Shown piece after piece: positions 1 to 12,124 of a stretch of DNA of 40,663 bases; within the stretch, counting starts at the first letter, position 1, and each line of letters opens with the position of its first letter. Under the pieces are notes generated by a model that worked only from the letters and a program-made list of their open reading frames with translations, made no database searches and was not told the DNA's origin. Made by a program: the position numbers and the translations under genes. The stretch covers positions 434,001 through 474,663 of the forward strand of contig JASTWF010000363.1 of the NCBI GenBank assembly GCA_030390025.1. Direction: 5' to 3'. Origin of the DNA: Squalus acanthias (Eukaryota).

Positions 1-66
1 ACGCATGCGCATCCGCGCAGCAAATTTAAAGGGACCATGCACCAAAAAAAAATTAGAGGGAACATG
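1..66. mobile_element. End of a hAT-type non-autonomous DNA transposon, truncated by the window edge
   Basis: Ends in ...AATTAGAGGGAACATG, the reverse complement of a CAATGTTCCCTCTAA-type hAT terminal inverted repeat (TIR); partner end not in window. Confidence 0.45.
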
Positions 67-580
67 ACGACCTTGGCTCCTCGACCTCAAATGCAAAAAG
101 GCTCAAAATATTTTTTCATTGAGACAGTTCCCTATAAAAGGAAGCAAAAAGGGATTTGCAGTTGGCCATAATTTTCTTCCAGGTGGCTGGAACTGGTTAA
201 AAAAAGTCAAAAGGAATTCCATAATAGGAATATCAGTGGAGCCTAGAATTCAAAGTTGTGAATCTAAAATGGGAGTGCAGTGTTTCTATGCGAGTGTTCT
301 TTCATCTGTGACAAACCTGGAATTTTTTATACTATACTTGTGCTGAACCCTACAAAATAAAGATAAAACACTGTAAATTTGATCAGACCTACATATTTAC
401 CATGGAGTTAGAGGTAGTTTTATTCCACGATCATTTTATTTTGTGCTGGCAGCAGTTTGACAGGCAGGGTATTCCGTGGAGCTGAAACTGAATGACCCCA
501 CTGAAGAATCAACTATTGTGATGATTATCAAACAAAACCTATTGTAAAACTTATCAAATGAAGATCAGTAATACTCAGAC

Positions 581-748
581 AAAAAGAAAATACTGCAGAT
601 GCTGGAAATCTGAAATAAAAACAGAAAATGCTGGAGCTACTCAGCAGGTCAGGCAGCATCTGTGAAGAGAGATCTCCATGAGCATCTGTTTCTCTCTTCA
701 CAGATGCTGCCTGACCTGCTGAGTATCTCCAGCATTTTCTGTTTTTAT
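581..748. mobile_element. Palindromic short repeat (probably Penelope-derived) with a 17-bp target-site duplication (TSD)
   Basis: Inverted arms at about 610-672 and 690-753 (CAGATGCTGCCTGACCTGCTGAG core). ATCAGTAATACTCAGAC is repeated at 564-580 and 749-765. Confidence 0.7.
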
Positions 749-790
749 ATCAGTAATACTCAGACTGTAGAAAAAAATGATCACTTCTTT

Positions 791-1180
791 AGAACATAAG
801 AACATAAGACGTAGGAGCAGGAGTAGGTCATTTGGCCCCTCAAGCCTGCTCCGCCATTCAATAAGATCATGGCTGATCTGATCTAGGCCTCAACTCCACT
901 TCCCTGCCCGCTTCCCATAACCCTTGACTCCCTTACCTTTCAAAAATCTGTCTATCTCCACCTTAAATATATTCAATAACCAAGCCTTCATAGCTCTCTG
1001 GGGAAGAGAATTCCAAAGATTCATGATCCTCAGAGAAGAAATTCCCCCTCATTTCCGATTTAAATGGGTGCCCCCTTATTCTGAAATTATGCCCCCTAGT
1101 TCTAGATTCCCCCACGAGGGGAAACATCCTCTCTGCATCTACCCTGTCAAGCCCCTTCAGAATCTTATGTTTCAATAAGA
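791..1180 (-). mobile_element. CR1 LINE 3' fragment
   Basis: ORF2 C-terminus KILKGLDRVDAERMFPLVGESRTRGH, plus 3' UTR stem-loop and (TTCTTATG)n tail. Confidence 0.9.
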
Positions 1181-1224
1181 CCTTTGCTACAATTAAATAA
1201 ATAAATCATTTGCAAAGAAAAAAC

Positions 1225-1375
1225 GCTGGAAATACACAGCACCTGAAAGGAGAAAAGACAGGCCAATGTTGTGATGAAGGGTCTCTATCTGAAGCACTAA
1301 CCTGTCTTTTACCTTTTCAGAGTGACTGAGTAGCTGTGGATATCCAGCGTCTCACTCCATTTCAGAATTCCAGCT
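1225..1375. mobile_element. Degenerate copy of the palindromic Penelope-derived repeat
   Basis: Decayed arms (GCTGGAAAT...TCCAGC; GAAAAGACAGG/CCTGTCTTTT) around a central TGATGAAGGGTCTC motif. Confidence 0.45.
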
Positions 1376-1484
1376 CCATTTCAGAATATCATCTGAAGAT
1401 TTTCTTTTTTTTTTTTATAAACAAATCTTCTGATTGTGTTGAAGTAAATACAAAAGCCACATAACACTCAGCACAAGATTTTAC

Positions 1485-1642
1485 CTTCAAGATACTTTGA
1501 TTAGCAGTGTTGCAGAGCTTCCCATTTGAACCATCACTGTGCAAAAAGACACGGTATTTGTGGGAATACTTTCCAGTCTGGAAGAAGATGGTTATCCTCA
1601 TCTCACTTCCGATGTATGTGATATTAGGGTTCCACACACTGC
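1485..1642 (-). CDS. IL17RA: IL-17 receptor A/B-like, coding exon 7 (158 bp): GSVWNPNITYIGSEMRITIFFQTGKYSHKYRVFLHSDGSNGKLCNTANQSILK
   Basis: Matches the family motif GSLWDPNIT. Acceptor ttttctgtcaacAG, donor GTaaaa, phase 1 to 0. RA versus RB orthology unresolved. Confidence 0.85.
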
Positions 1643-2565
1643 CTGTTGACAGAAAATGCAGAGAAGTGGGAAAATAACAAAACCGTTCACAATAAAAGTA
1701 TCTGCCACACTACCATACGTGATACTATCAAAATCCAACGTCCTTCATGCCTTTTCTTCCAGCCCTGCTTGACCTACACCCTCTGTCAAGCAATGACAAT
1801 TGTTAAAACCCCATTTTGGGGCCTCGATTCCAATGATTCGATGTTAACCCATATTGGTAGCAGTGATTAAACTTTATTCAGCACAAGCAAGGATCAATAC
1901 AATTATTGTATCTTAAGCAGCAGTTTACACGGTATAATTAATATAGTTATACTACCCCGTTATGCCTTGGGTAAAAGTCGCGGCGAGATGTCTGCACCCT
2001 CTGGCCCATGCCCCCGGCCCCTTCCTTCGAGTGTCTCCTAGAATTCCCTCAATGCTTCTCAAGCCTTCTATGCTTAACTCTTGTTAGGGTCCCCTTCTTA
2101 TACTATTACTTCCAATTCAAATCAATGGGGCTTTACTGGACCTATCACTGGCTTACTCCCAACCATCCTTCCCCACCACCCCCTCCCCAACCCCATGGGC
2201 CCTCTTGTGCCACCTGCCCGTACATAATTCTTCCCCTTCTGTAATTTTCCACAGCAGTTAAACTATTTTCAAGAACTATAGTTCTGCACGTAGGTCTCTT
2301 CCCTATCTGTCTGCTTTGCTACCTTATCAGTCTAGTTTCTGTGTATCTCAGTAGATCCCAGCCCCAGCTGCATCTTGTTTTTCTCAAGCGGTTACAACTT
2401 CTGTCTTTTCAAGGTCCTGCTACATTGCATTTTCAATGTACTATTGTTTAGTTATATGTACTGTATATTGTGATAAATATTTGCTCTTTATTTTGTTAGT
2501 CAACCTACTCATTCATTTCTGCTAAGCCAGTTACTTTGCCTTGTAAGCTAATTGTGACATACCTG

Positions 2566-2596
<31 letters not shown>

Positions 2597-2616
2597 TACA
2601 CACACACACACACACA
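2566..2616. repeat. Compound microsatellite (TACA)n(TA)n(CA)n
   Basis: Read directly from the sequence. Confidence 0.9.
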
Positions 2617-3153
2617 AAGGGTAAGTATTAATTAATAAGTAAAAAGTTACAATCTCACACCATGGCTCTGTGAATGCATAATACCATCCACTATGTAATA
2701 GACACTATTTATCTATCTGTTATTAAGACCTCAGAAAACGTGTAACTTATCTACGTATCATTGATAGGACTACTTCCTCCTGCCCAGTGACTACAGCCTC
2801 ATTGGTATGTGGGATCAGCAAGAATTCTAAATGAAGGTAACAATTATTGATTACCACGCAGCGTTAAAATCACGATGGTATAGTACCAATGGAAGTGCAG
2901 GTATGACATACCATCCTCCCTCAATTGTCTAGCATTCATTACTCAGATTCCATCTGTCCTAGTCTTAGCAAAAATCTCAGTTCCATCTGCATCCTTTCTT
3001 ATGGACTGTATATTCATCTTCCCCACAGTCCAACTCCCTTAACTTAAAAATACCCACTTCCTTTCTTGTAACGAGTCTACCCTGGCTTTGACTTCAATCC
3101 ATTTTTTCCCCTTCTACATAATTCAATTGCCAGTGCTGGCTCTCTTTCAATTG

Positions 3154-4240
3154 TAGAATCATAGAATCATAAAATAGTACAGCACAGTAGGAGGCCATTC
3201 GGCCCATCAAGTCTGCACCAGCTCTTTCGAAGAGCAATCCAATTTGTCCCACTCCCCCGCTCTTTCCCCATATCCCTGCAAATTTTTCTCGTTCAAGTAT
3301 TTATCCAATTCCCTTTTGACTCTGTATCCACCACCTTATCAGGCAGTGCATTCCAAATCCTAACCACGTTGTGTAAAAAAGATTTTTCCTCATGTCGTCT
3401 CTGGTTCTTTTGCTAATCACCTTAAATCTGCGCCCTCTCATTATCGACCCTTCAGCCATTGGAAACAGTTTCTCTTTTATTTGCTCTATTTAAACGTGCA
3501 TGATTTTAAACACCTCATCAAATCTCCTCTTAGCCTCTCTGCTCTAAGGAGAACAACCCCAGCTTCTCTAGTCTATCCATGTAACTGAATTCCCTCATCT
3601 TTGGAACCATTCTAGTAAATCTCTTCTGTACCCTCTCCAAAGCCTTCACGTCCTTCTTAAAAGTGCGGTGCCCAGAATTGGACACAATTCTCCAGCTGGG
3701 GCCGAACTAGTGTTTTATACAGGTTTAGCATAACTTCCTGGCTTTTGCACTCTATACCTCTATTTATAAAGTCCAGGATCCCATATGCTTTATTAACTGC
3801 TTTGTTAACCTGTCCTGCCACCTTCAAAGATTTGTGCACAAGCTCCCCCAGGTCTCTCTTTCCCCCTTGTAGGAATGTACCTAGACTGTACCCGAACCAT
3901 CTCCTCTTTAAAGGCCGCCAATTGCTCCATTACATTTTTGCCTGCCAGTCTTTGACTCCAATTTACCCGGACCAGGACCCTCCTCAATTCGCTGAAATTA
4001 GCCCTCCTCCAGTTAAGTATTTTTATTCTAGATTGCTCCTTGTCCTTCTCCATAACTAATCTAAACCTTACGATACTATGATCACTATTCCCGAGATGCT
4101 CTCCAACTGTGACATTCTCCACTTGACCCACTTCATTCCCCAGGACTAGATCTAGCAATGTTTCCTTCCTCGTTGGGCAGGAAACATACTGATCAAGAAA
4201 ATTCTCCTGAATACACTTCAGAAATTCCTTCCCTTCTACA
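3154..4240 (-). mobile_element. CR1 LINE A: 3' end plus endonuclease/tether part, internally deleted and interrupted by later insertions
   Basis: Peptides LYKTLVRPQLENCVQFWAP and FLDQYVSCPTRKETLLDLVLGNE...SDH, and a (TTCTATGA)n tail. An internal jump near 3850 removes the reverse transcriptase (RT) core. Confidence 0.88.
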
Positions 4241-5456
4241 TAAGAACATAAGAACATAAGAAATAGGAGCAGGAGTAGGCCAATCGGCTCCTCGAGCCTG
4301 CTCCGCCATTCAATAAGATCATGGCTGATCTGATCCTAACCGCCAATCTACTATCTATCACAGAACCATCTCCTGCATCTAACAGAATTGCACACACGAA
4401 ATAGGAGCAGAATCAGGCTACCCACTACCCACAGGGCCATGACCGATCCGAACCTAGACTCATGTCCAAATTCCTGCCCGCTCCCCGTAACCCTTAATGC
4501 CCTTTACTTCTAGGAAACTGTCTATTTCTGTTTTAAATTTAATTAATGTTGTAGCTTCTACAGCTTTTTGTGGCAGCATATTCCATGGACCTACCACCCT
4601 CTGAGTGAAGTAGTTCCTCCTCATCTCAGTTTTGAAAGAGCAGCCCCTTATTCTAAGACTATGTCCCCTAGTTCTCGTCTCACCCGTCATCGGGAACATC
4701 CTCCCCGCATCCACCCGATCCAACCCCTTCACAATCTTATATGTTTCAATAAGATCGCCTCTCATTCTTCTGAACTCCAATGAGTAGAGTCCCAATCTAC
4801 CCAACCTCTCCTCATATGACCACCCCCTCATCCCCGGGATTAACCGAGTGAACCTTTTTTGCACTGCCTCGAGAGCAAGGATGTCTTTCCTTAAGTAAGG
4901 ACACCAAAACTGTATGCAGTATTCCAGGTGCGGTCTCACCAATACCTTGTACAACTGAAGCAATACCTCCCTATTTTTATATTCTATCCCCCTAGCAATG
5001 AAAGCCAACATTCCATTTGCCTTCTTAATCACTTGCTGCACCTGCATACTAACCTTTTGAGTTTCGTGCACCAGGACCCCCAGATCCCTTTGCACTTCAG
5101 TACTCTCCAGTTTCTTGCCATTAAGATAATAAATTGCTCTAGGATTTTTCCTGCCAAAGTGCATCACCTCACACTTTCCAGTGTTGTATTCCATCTGCCA
5201 AATCTCTGCCCACTTACTTAGCCTGTCTATGTCCCCTTGCAGGTTTTTTATGTCCTCCTCACTCACTACTTTCCCTCCCATCTTTGTATCATCTGCAAAT
5301 TTTGATATGTTACACTTGGTCCCTTCCTCCAAATCGTTAATATAGATTGTGAAGAGTTGGGGACCCAGCACTGACCCCTGTGGAACACCACTAGTTACTG
5401 ATTGCCAGTCTGAGAATGAACCATTTATCCCAACTCTTTGCTTTCTGTTAGATAGC
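4239..5456 (-). mobile_element. Young 5'-truncated CR1 LINE B nested in CR1 A, with an intact 303-aa RT C-terminal frame (4460-5371)
   Basis: GVPQGSVLGP...FADD RT motifs, CR1 C-terminus, 3' stem-loop and (TTCTTATG)n tail. Confidence 0.93.
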
Positions 5457-5496
5457 CCTTAACACAATCACTGCCCCATTCAGCTGTGTCAGAGTG

Positions 5497-5965
5497 TCAG
5501 CTGTGGCTCAGTGGGTAGCACTCTCACCTCTGAGTCAGAAGGTTGTGGGTTCAAGTCCCTCTCCAGAGGCTTGAGCACAAAAAATCTAGGCTGACACTCC
5601 AGTGCAGTGCTGAGGGAGTGCTGCACTGTCGGAGGTGCCATCTTTCGGATAAGATGTTAAACCGAGGCCCCGTCTGCTCGCTCAGGTGGACGTAAAAGAT
5701 CCCATGGCACTATTTCGAAGAAGAGCAGGGGAGTTATCCCAGGTGTCTTGGCCAATATTTATCCCTCAATCAACATCACTAAAATAGATTATCTGGTCAT
5801 TATCGCATTGCTGTTTGTGGGAGCTTGCTGTGCGCAAATCGGTTGCCGTGTTTCCTACATTACAACAGTGACTACACTTCAAAAAATACTTAATTGGCTG
5901 TAAAGCGCTTTGGGACGTCCGGTGGTCGTGATAGGCGCAATATAAATGCAAGTCTTTCTTTCTTT
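5497..5965 (+). mobile_element. tRNA-derived DeuSINE (SacSINE1/AmnSINE-like)
   Basis: A box TGGCTCAGTGG, B box GGTTCAAGTCC, Deu core (GGTGGACGTAAAAGATCCCATGGCAC) and L2-like tail; two further close copies in the window. Confidence 0.88.
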
Positions 5966-6105
5966 CAAGATTGAGGTAGTTAAAGTCTCCCATTATCACT
6001 ACTCTATAGTTCTTGCACCTCTGTAATTTCTTTGCAAATCTGCTCCTCTATCTCCTCCCACTATTTGGTGGCCTATAAAATACACCAAGTAGCACAATAG
6101 CTCCT
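5966..6105 (-). mobile_element. CR1 LINE A, upstream endonuclease fragment
   Basis: GVFYRPP...VIMGDFNY apurinic endonuclease (APE) motifs continue element A beyond the nested CR1 and SINE. Confidence 0.75.
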
Positions 6106-6477
6106 TCCATAAAGATATGATTCTCAGTTCCCTCTATTTCACAGAGTCCCTGAACAACTGCCATCTGCCTCGGTTTTTTGAGCAGGACAAAGAACTCCCA
6201 GAAGTTCCCATCACTTTCTAAGCAACTGGCTTCTCACATTGGCTGCTGGTTGGCAGAGTCCATCTGGGGAGTCAACTGGTGAGCTTGGCTCCTTGAATGG
6301 CAGCTTCCAATAATGGAGGCCCCATCTCAGATGTCTGATGCAAGAATTGGTGATCTGCAATGTTCAGGGGTGATCCCATTGTATCACATTAAAAACATTC
6401 TTGTTAAAGTTTGAGACGGAATTACATACAGAATAAATTGTGTAGTGGATCAGAGGGGAAGACATGGTATATGGATA

Positions 6478-7170
6478 CAACAACAACTTGCATTTATACA
6501 GTGCCTTTAAATAGAAAAACATCCCAAGTTGCTTCAGAGGTATAATCAGACAAAAATGAATGCCAAGACAATGAAGGAGATATTAGGAGGCGTGACTGAA
6601 AGCTTTGTCAAAGAGGTGGGTTTCAATGAGGGTCTTAAAAGGAGGAGAGGGAGGTAGAGAGATAGAGAGGTTTAGGGAGAGTATTCCAGACTGTGGGGCC
6701 TGGAACTGTGTTGTCCAATACGTTAGCCACTAGTCGTGTGGCTAATTGGGAATCCAGATGTGGCTAATTGCATTCCTGATTAGTAAATAAAAAATTAATA
6801 ATAGACACCATTGTTAAGTATGTGATCTCAGTACTCATTTTAACCTTTTTGTGCGTTTGTTGGTAAAATGGCAAGATGAAAAGAAGAACGTGCAAATGTT
6901 TTTTGATTGTTGCGAGTGCTTTACTTCCTTGGTTACTGAATGGTCATAGTTGTTTAAGTAAATATACACATGTAAAGTACATTTATCTGTTGTGTGAGTG
7001 TATGCAAGATGTTTTCTACTAAAATTAGTGCATGTGGCTAAAATGTGTCTCCGTAGCCACACCTGTGGCTAGTCATCAATTTCTATTGGACAACACTGGC
7101 TTAGGTGGCTGAAGGCATGGCTGCCAATGGTGGGGAAAAGGAAGGGGGGTCTGCACAAAAGGCCAGAGTG
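6478..7170 (-). mobile_element. L2-clade LINE 3' end, split by a hAT MITE
   Basis: CAACAACTTGCATTTATA...TTTAGGGAGAGTATTCCAGA, similar to 25930-26660; resumes after 7098. Confidence 0.7.
6706..7098. mobile_element. hAT/Charlie-type MITE
   Basis: TIRs CTGTGTTGTCCAATA and TATTGGACAACACTG, with subterminal TAGCCAC/GTGGCTA repeats. Confidence 0.75.
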
Positions 7171-7365
7171 AAAGGAAGGGGGGGCCGGGGGGGGGGGGAA
7201 CACTGCAGAAAAGGCCAGAGTGAAAGGAAGAGAGATTTTAGTGTGGGGCGAGGGTGGGGTTGTTGGGCTATGCATAGTTATGAGATGCAAGCTTCCTTCC
7301 ACAGTTATCAAGCTGTGGCTCTGAGCTGTGCTGCTGAGTGTATCTTTAAAGTAAATTTCACTCAC

Positions 7366-7413
7366 CTCTTCGTTTGCAGAGCTCTGTATACTTGATCCGG
7401 TCATCCCTACAAT
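7366..7413 (-). CDS. IL17RA: IL-17 receptor A/B-like, coding exon 6 (48 bp): DCRDDRIKYTELCKRRG
   Basis: C-x10-C linker typical of IL17RA/RB. Acceptor ttttttctgtAG, donor GTgagt, phase 1 to 1. Confidence 0.88.
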
Positions 7414-8495
7414 CTACAGAAAAAAAGTCCAGGTTAGCTTGACCTCTACCAGGATAAGAGCAAATAAAAGCTGAACCTTTGCACAATGAGAAAATGAGTG
7501 ATGTTTCACTGAATTTCCTTGTTTGCCTCCACTGCACAACAGGGCCTGAAAGGACTGCACTGGGATGCCCCTTATCTGTGTGACTGTTCCCGACAAGCAT
7601 CAGTCAGAGCTTCTCACCTCTGAAATCATCCAGAGCCAGAAATGTGGATGTCTGCGTTCTCCCCCAATTCTTATTCCACATTTCTCTCTCGTACGATACA
7701 GTTGCACCAGCAAAATAACTTACTACAAGATTGAACAAGACATGTGAATCCGCCCTGTCACATTCATTGATTTACTCTCAAATTTTCCAAATCACTAAAT
7801 CCAATCCACTCTAAGCACTGCTTCTAAAATCTCTGGAAATGTTCTATACTGGACCAGTGAAAGAATGAAAACAAAACTTTTTCAGGTAAGGCCCTGACCA
7901 CAGTGACCACGTTAACCATTAACTAGAATGTTGGCCTACTCTGTTTTGATCCTTAACCTAGAGTTAAACAGAGAGTCTCACTAAACAGCTATTTTTAACA
8001 TTAAAAGTTAAGAATAATTGAATTTACCATCTTTTTATTTATTTTGTCTATGTCAGCGAATTATTTTTGTTTAAAAAATGAACAATGACATAATTGTGGG
8101 TGTTGTTTTGCAGGAGGTTCAGATCATAACAGAGCAGAGTAGCTGAAATGCCACAACCACTAAAGTATACCATGTGAATGACTGTATCCATTGTTTAAGC
8201 AAATCCAGCTCCCTTGTAGTGCTGGGTTCAGTAACTCCTCCCAGCCGGCACCATGTGCTGTTGCGAGAACACGCCAGAGGCCAAGCGTCTCGCAGCAAGT
8301 TACTATTGGGCAAACCATGTGCATCTTTTGAGCAGCAGCCTTGGCAGAGATCTGGCAAGTTGTTCACCTGGTCACAGGAGATGCACAACCCAACAAGATT
8401 TGTGCAAGAAGAACAGATAGCAGGATTTGACATGAAGAAAGCAAAAGTGGTGACATTTTCCAATAATACTACTACTGCCAACTGGGTAGACGCAC

Positions 8496-8622
8496 CAGGC
8501 ACAGCAAAAGTAACTGCTGGACAATCATGATCTTGATTGATGTTGGCTCTTGGTAAACTGCATGCGGACACCCTGTAGGTCTGGTCTGGTTCTGCCACAA
8601 GTCCCTCCAGTGAGAAGGTCCA
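8496..8622 (-). CDS. IL17RA: IL-17 receptor A/B-like, coding exon 5 (127 bp): WTFSLEGLVAEPDQTYRVSACSLPRANINQDHDCPAVTFAVP
   Basis: Resembles IL17RA WRFTF..VDPDQEY.V...LP and IL17RB WTFS...IPNANMNED. Acceptor ttttccattgcAG, donor GTgcgt. Confidence 0.9.
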
Positions 8623-11299
8623 CTGCAATGGAAAAGCAGACATCAACTGCTTTCAGAAGTGATTCTATACTCCTTATACATCCAGAACTGGAACAAGCAA
8701 CCAAGATTGGCTTTAATCATTTCACTACTAGTGCCTTAGCAATACTTTCTCGTTGCTCTGCATGTCATACGTGCCAAGCAGGAAAACTAGCAAAAGCTGA
8801 CCAATAACGTCAAAAAAGCTTAAATCTTAACAGCCCTAAATTTAGGCCGTACACACGTAAAGACAAGAGTTCGACTGAAAAATGCAGTGAAACATGAGAT
8901 CATAACTTAAGCTGCAGGTTTGTCCCGTACTCAATCACCTGACCTCAAAAATACAGTTGCAGCAGTGGTGAATTTAGAAATTACTGAAAAGGGATGCAAG
9001 GGCTGACTTAGGGATTGAACAAAGAACTCTTTCCACCATATAATGTGATTCTTCTCTATTTGATAGGTGGATTAAATATCAGATCAAGACCCAGGATATA
9101 AACCAACAGCCCATTTATTTAAATGCTAGTGAATGTGCCATGGCTTTGCTCACAGTTAGTCACAGGAAATGGTTGTCTTTTATCTGTTTCTTGTAAAATG
9201 GCTGAGAGAGATTACAGAGTCACCTCTCTTGTAATATGGTTTCTTTTTTTATATCCAGGTTACAGTGCCTCCTGTGGTGCAAGAATGAATAACAGGCTTT
9301 ACCATTGCAGAGGTAGAGGTTGGGGTTCATGCCAGAGAAGAAAAGTGCGATGGAATTGAAGGAGGGGCTCATTACTCCATCCCCCATATTACATTTTTAA
9401 AGCTAGTTCAGCAAATTGTTTTTAAGGTGCTTACAGCAATCTAAACAAGCACGTTAAACACAAATGGCTGGCTCCCAGACTAGTACTGGGAGCTAGCAAA
9501 AAGAGATGAAGGCGGTGAGAGAGGAGGTGGAGGCTTGGGCCAGCTGCACATTCTGGAAAAAATATTTCGGCAAGGGTGGCAATCAAAGGAGCCGTGTGGG
9601 GGTGGAGCAGAAGTGGCAAGTGTGCGAAAAAGCCTGGAAATTGAGTTAGAGCCAGTGTTTTTGGATGGCGAAAAGCAGAGAAAGGCATTTGTAAAGTCAG
9701 ATCGGCGGGATTGGGGTGGAGCAGAAGAAGAGCAGCAAGGAAATGGTGAAGAGGGGTAGGGACGAGTTCAGGTCAAGGCAGTCGTGGAGGATGAGGGCAA
9801 AGCCCACCTGAAGAAAAGTGGGGGCTGGAGTCAGGGCAGGGGCTGAGGCTCATTGTACCATCGCCCCCCCCCAAAAAAAATTGTTTTTAAAGTACTTTGA
9901 ATGCTATAATAAAATGATAGTGTTACAAGCACATTAAAAACAAATGGCTGGTTCCCAGGTCAGTGCTAGAAACCAGTGAAGAGGAGTGGAGGCGGGTCCA
10001 TAAACAGAAGAGGAGCAGTAGGCACACTTGGACCAGCTGAGGTGGTAAGGATGCAGGTGGCATTTTAAAATAAGTGATATAGCTGAAGAGGAGGACCAGC
10101 AGACCTGCGGGGAGCAGCTGAGGAAGGAGGGAAGGAGGCAGGCAGAACCAAGGGCTGGAAACCAGGGCTAAAAGGTTAAAAGAATGAACCAAGAATCAGG
10201 CCAAAGAATCAGTCAGGAAGCTGGCAAAGACTGAGTGAGGCCACTGTACTAGAGTGGGGCCTATATGGTTGAAAATTGATTTATGAGGAGGAGGTAAGCA
10301 GCTGAAAGGTACAAAGAGCCTGAAAAATGAAAAATATGTAAAATTGAAAAATGTGATTTTCAAAAGTAGATAAAATGAAATGAAAACTGACTCATCTTCA
10401 GAGAAGATAAGCACCAATAGTGGCCAGCAATGTTCCCTCTTACTTTTGGGGGTGTGCAGCACAGTTTCTGTGCAAAACTTTACATTGAAAAAGCCGGTCC
10501 CAGGCTGTGTGGGACCAGCAGAGAGGTGTGCGACTGTGTGCCTTATAGGGAACGTTGGTGGCCAGAATCTGCAACTACACCGTGATAATTGACAGAGCAA
10601 AGGGAAATGTTGACACAAGTCTGACCAAAAATTGTGACAACAGGAAGAAAGATTTGTCGACAGGAAGTGCTCTTCCTCTGATGAAAAATGTTTAATATAC
10701 ATAGATGTGGATAGAACAAGTGAACAAAATTCAGATAAAAAAACAAGATACTTTACAGTAATTATGAACTTTATACTATCCTCCTAGGCATGTCAAAACA
10801 AGAAAGGTGTCTCACCCGGAGCTATCTTTCCATATACATTGAACCTTGAAAGAAGATTCTCACCCTTACATAGTGAACCACAGCTACAGAGTTAAACTCT
10901 CACATAACTTCTGATGCTTAGCCAAGCTCAGGCAACAGTTAAACGCAAATCAAATTACTCTGGACATAGAGTTGTCAATCAAGGTTAATTGTTAACTGTT
11001 AATTGGTCTGAGACACACCTGTCAATCAAAAATCACCACCATCTGGCTGGTTTGAATCTTTGATCTATAGCAGAATTTTGACAGGCCTATTGCAGGATCT
11101 TATGAAGATGGTTCAGAACAAAGACGAAGATTTCTTAAGATTGGGCCACCATTTTAGTCAATTATGCAGGATACTTGGAATTGAATAGGATTACCTGCTT
11201 GCAATTGATCAGAATCTAACTATAAAAGTACTAATTAATATTTGGAAAGCCCAGGGATGACCATACAGACAGCTCATTTGGGTTTAGCTCCCAAACTCA

Positions 11300-11600
11300 T
11301 AACCTCCACCACCTAGAAGGACAAGGGCAACAGGTGCAATGGGAACACCATCACCTCCAAGTTCCCCTCCAAGTCACACACCACCCCGACTTGGACATTT
11401 ATTGGCGTTCCTTCATTGTCGCTGCGTAAAAATCCTGGAACTCCCTACTCAACAGCACTGTGGGAGCACCTTCAGCACATGGGCTGCAGCGTTTCAAGGC
11501 GGCAGCTCACCACCACATTCTCAAGGGCAGTTACAGTGGTAGGGATGGGCAATAAATGCTGGCCTTGCTAGTGAGACACAAACCCCGAGATAGAATTTAA
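11300..11600 (+). mobile_element. Non-LTR retrotransposon 3' end (CR1/L2 group)
   Basis: Same family as 34940-35365: CCACCTAGAAGGACAAGGGCA...GGGCAATAAATGCTGGCCTTGC. Confidence 0.7.
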
Positions 11601-11999
11601 AAATGCCCAGTTTCACTGACCCTGACTCCTGTTCTATTACTGCTTCACATGCTGAAGAGTCCACTCCAGCTCACCCCGACATGCTGTGACCCGTTTGTGG
11701 CCATAAGAGCCCCCCTCTCAAAATCATGACCTGCTGTGGTTGTACCTGTCAGACCCCTTCTTTCCCCACTCCAGCCAATCAGGCCCCAACCCTGATCTAC
11801 TCCTGTTCTTAGTGGTCAGACAGCCTCAGCCTCCTCTCCCACCCTCTGCCATGGCCTGACATGTGAGTTGGTGCTGTGTTTGCCGACATACAGGCTTCAG
11901 ATCATAGGAGACTTGGTCAGCTATGGAAAGTGCAAACACAAGGAGAAAACCTGAGCCGTAACAGAGTGTAACATCTACAGGGCTTTGTGTGGTACGTAC

Positions 12000-12124
12000 C
12001 TTCTCTCCTTGTGGATTTAGTTGGCTTTTTATCTTGTTATTGAACCGGTATTGAACACACCTCTCTTCTCCATTGCTCTGTTTTGTCACAGAGATCTCTA
12101 CTCCTTGAGAATACTTTATACTGG
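12000..12124 (-). CDS. IL17RA: IL-17 receptor A/B-like, coding exon 4 (125 bp): ASIKYSQGVEISVTKQSNGEERCVQYRFNNKIKSQLNPQGEK
   Basis: Aligns by eye with IL17RA DASILYLEGAELSV...ERLCVRFEF. Acceptor tttttcAG, donor GTacgt, phase 1 to 0. Confidence 0.9.

Noticed and set aside
395..500. Minus-strand peptide ..SNCCQHKIK resembling the IL17RA exon-8 motif CCRHQVQ
   Set aside because: It runs into a stop with no suitable donor before it, and the other frames are also closed; exon 8 probably lies outside the window.
1268..1300. Second hammerhead candidate
   Set aside because: Core is mutated (GTGATGA, GAAG) and stem II is broken, so it is probably inactive.
5497..5570. tRNA-like sequences (also at 21763, 36852, 38989)
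   Set aside because: These are SINE heads continuing into the Deu core, not tRNA genes.
8174..8807. Plus-strand ORFs overlapping exon 5, and most other short ORFs in the track
   Set aside because: No recognisable domains or splice structure; antisense shadows of exons or repeats.
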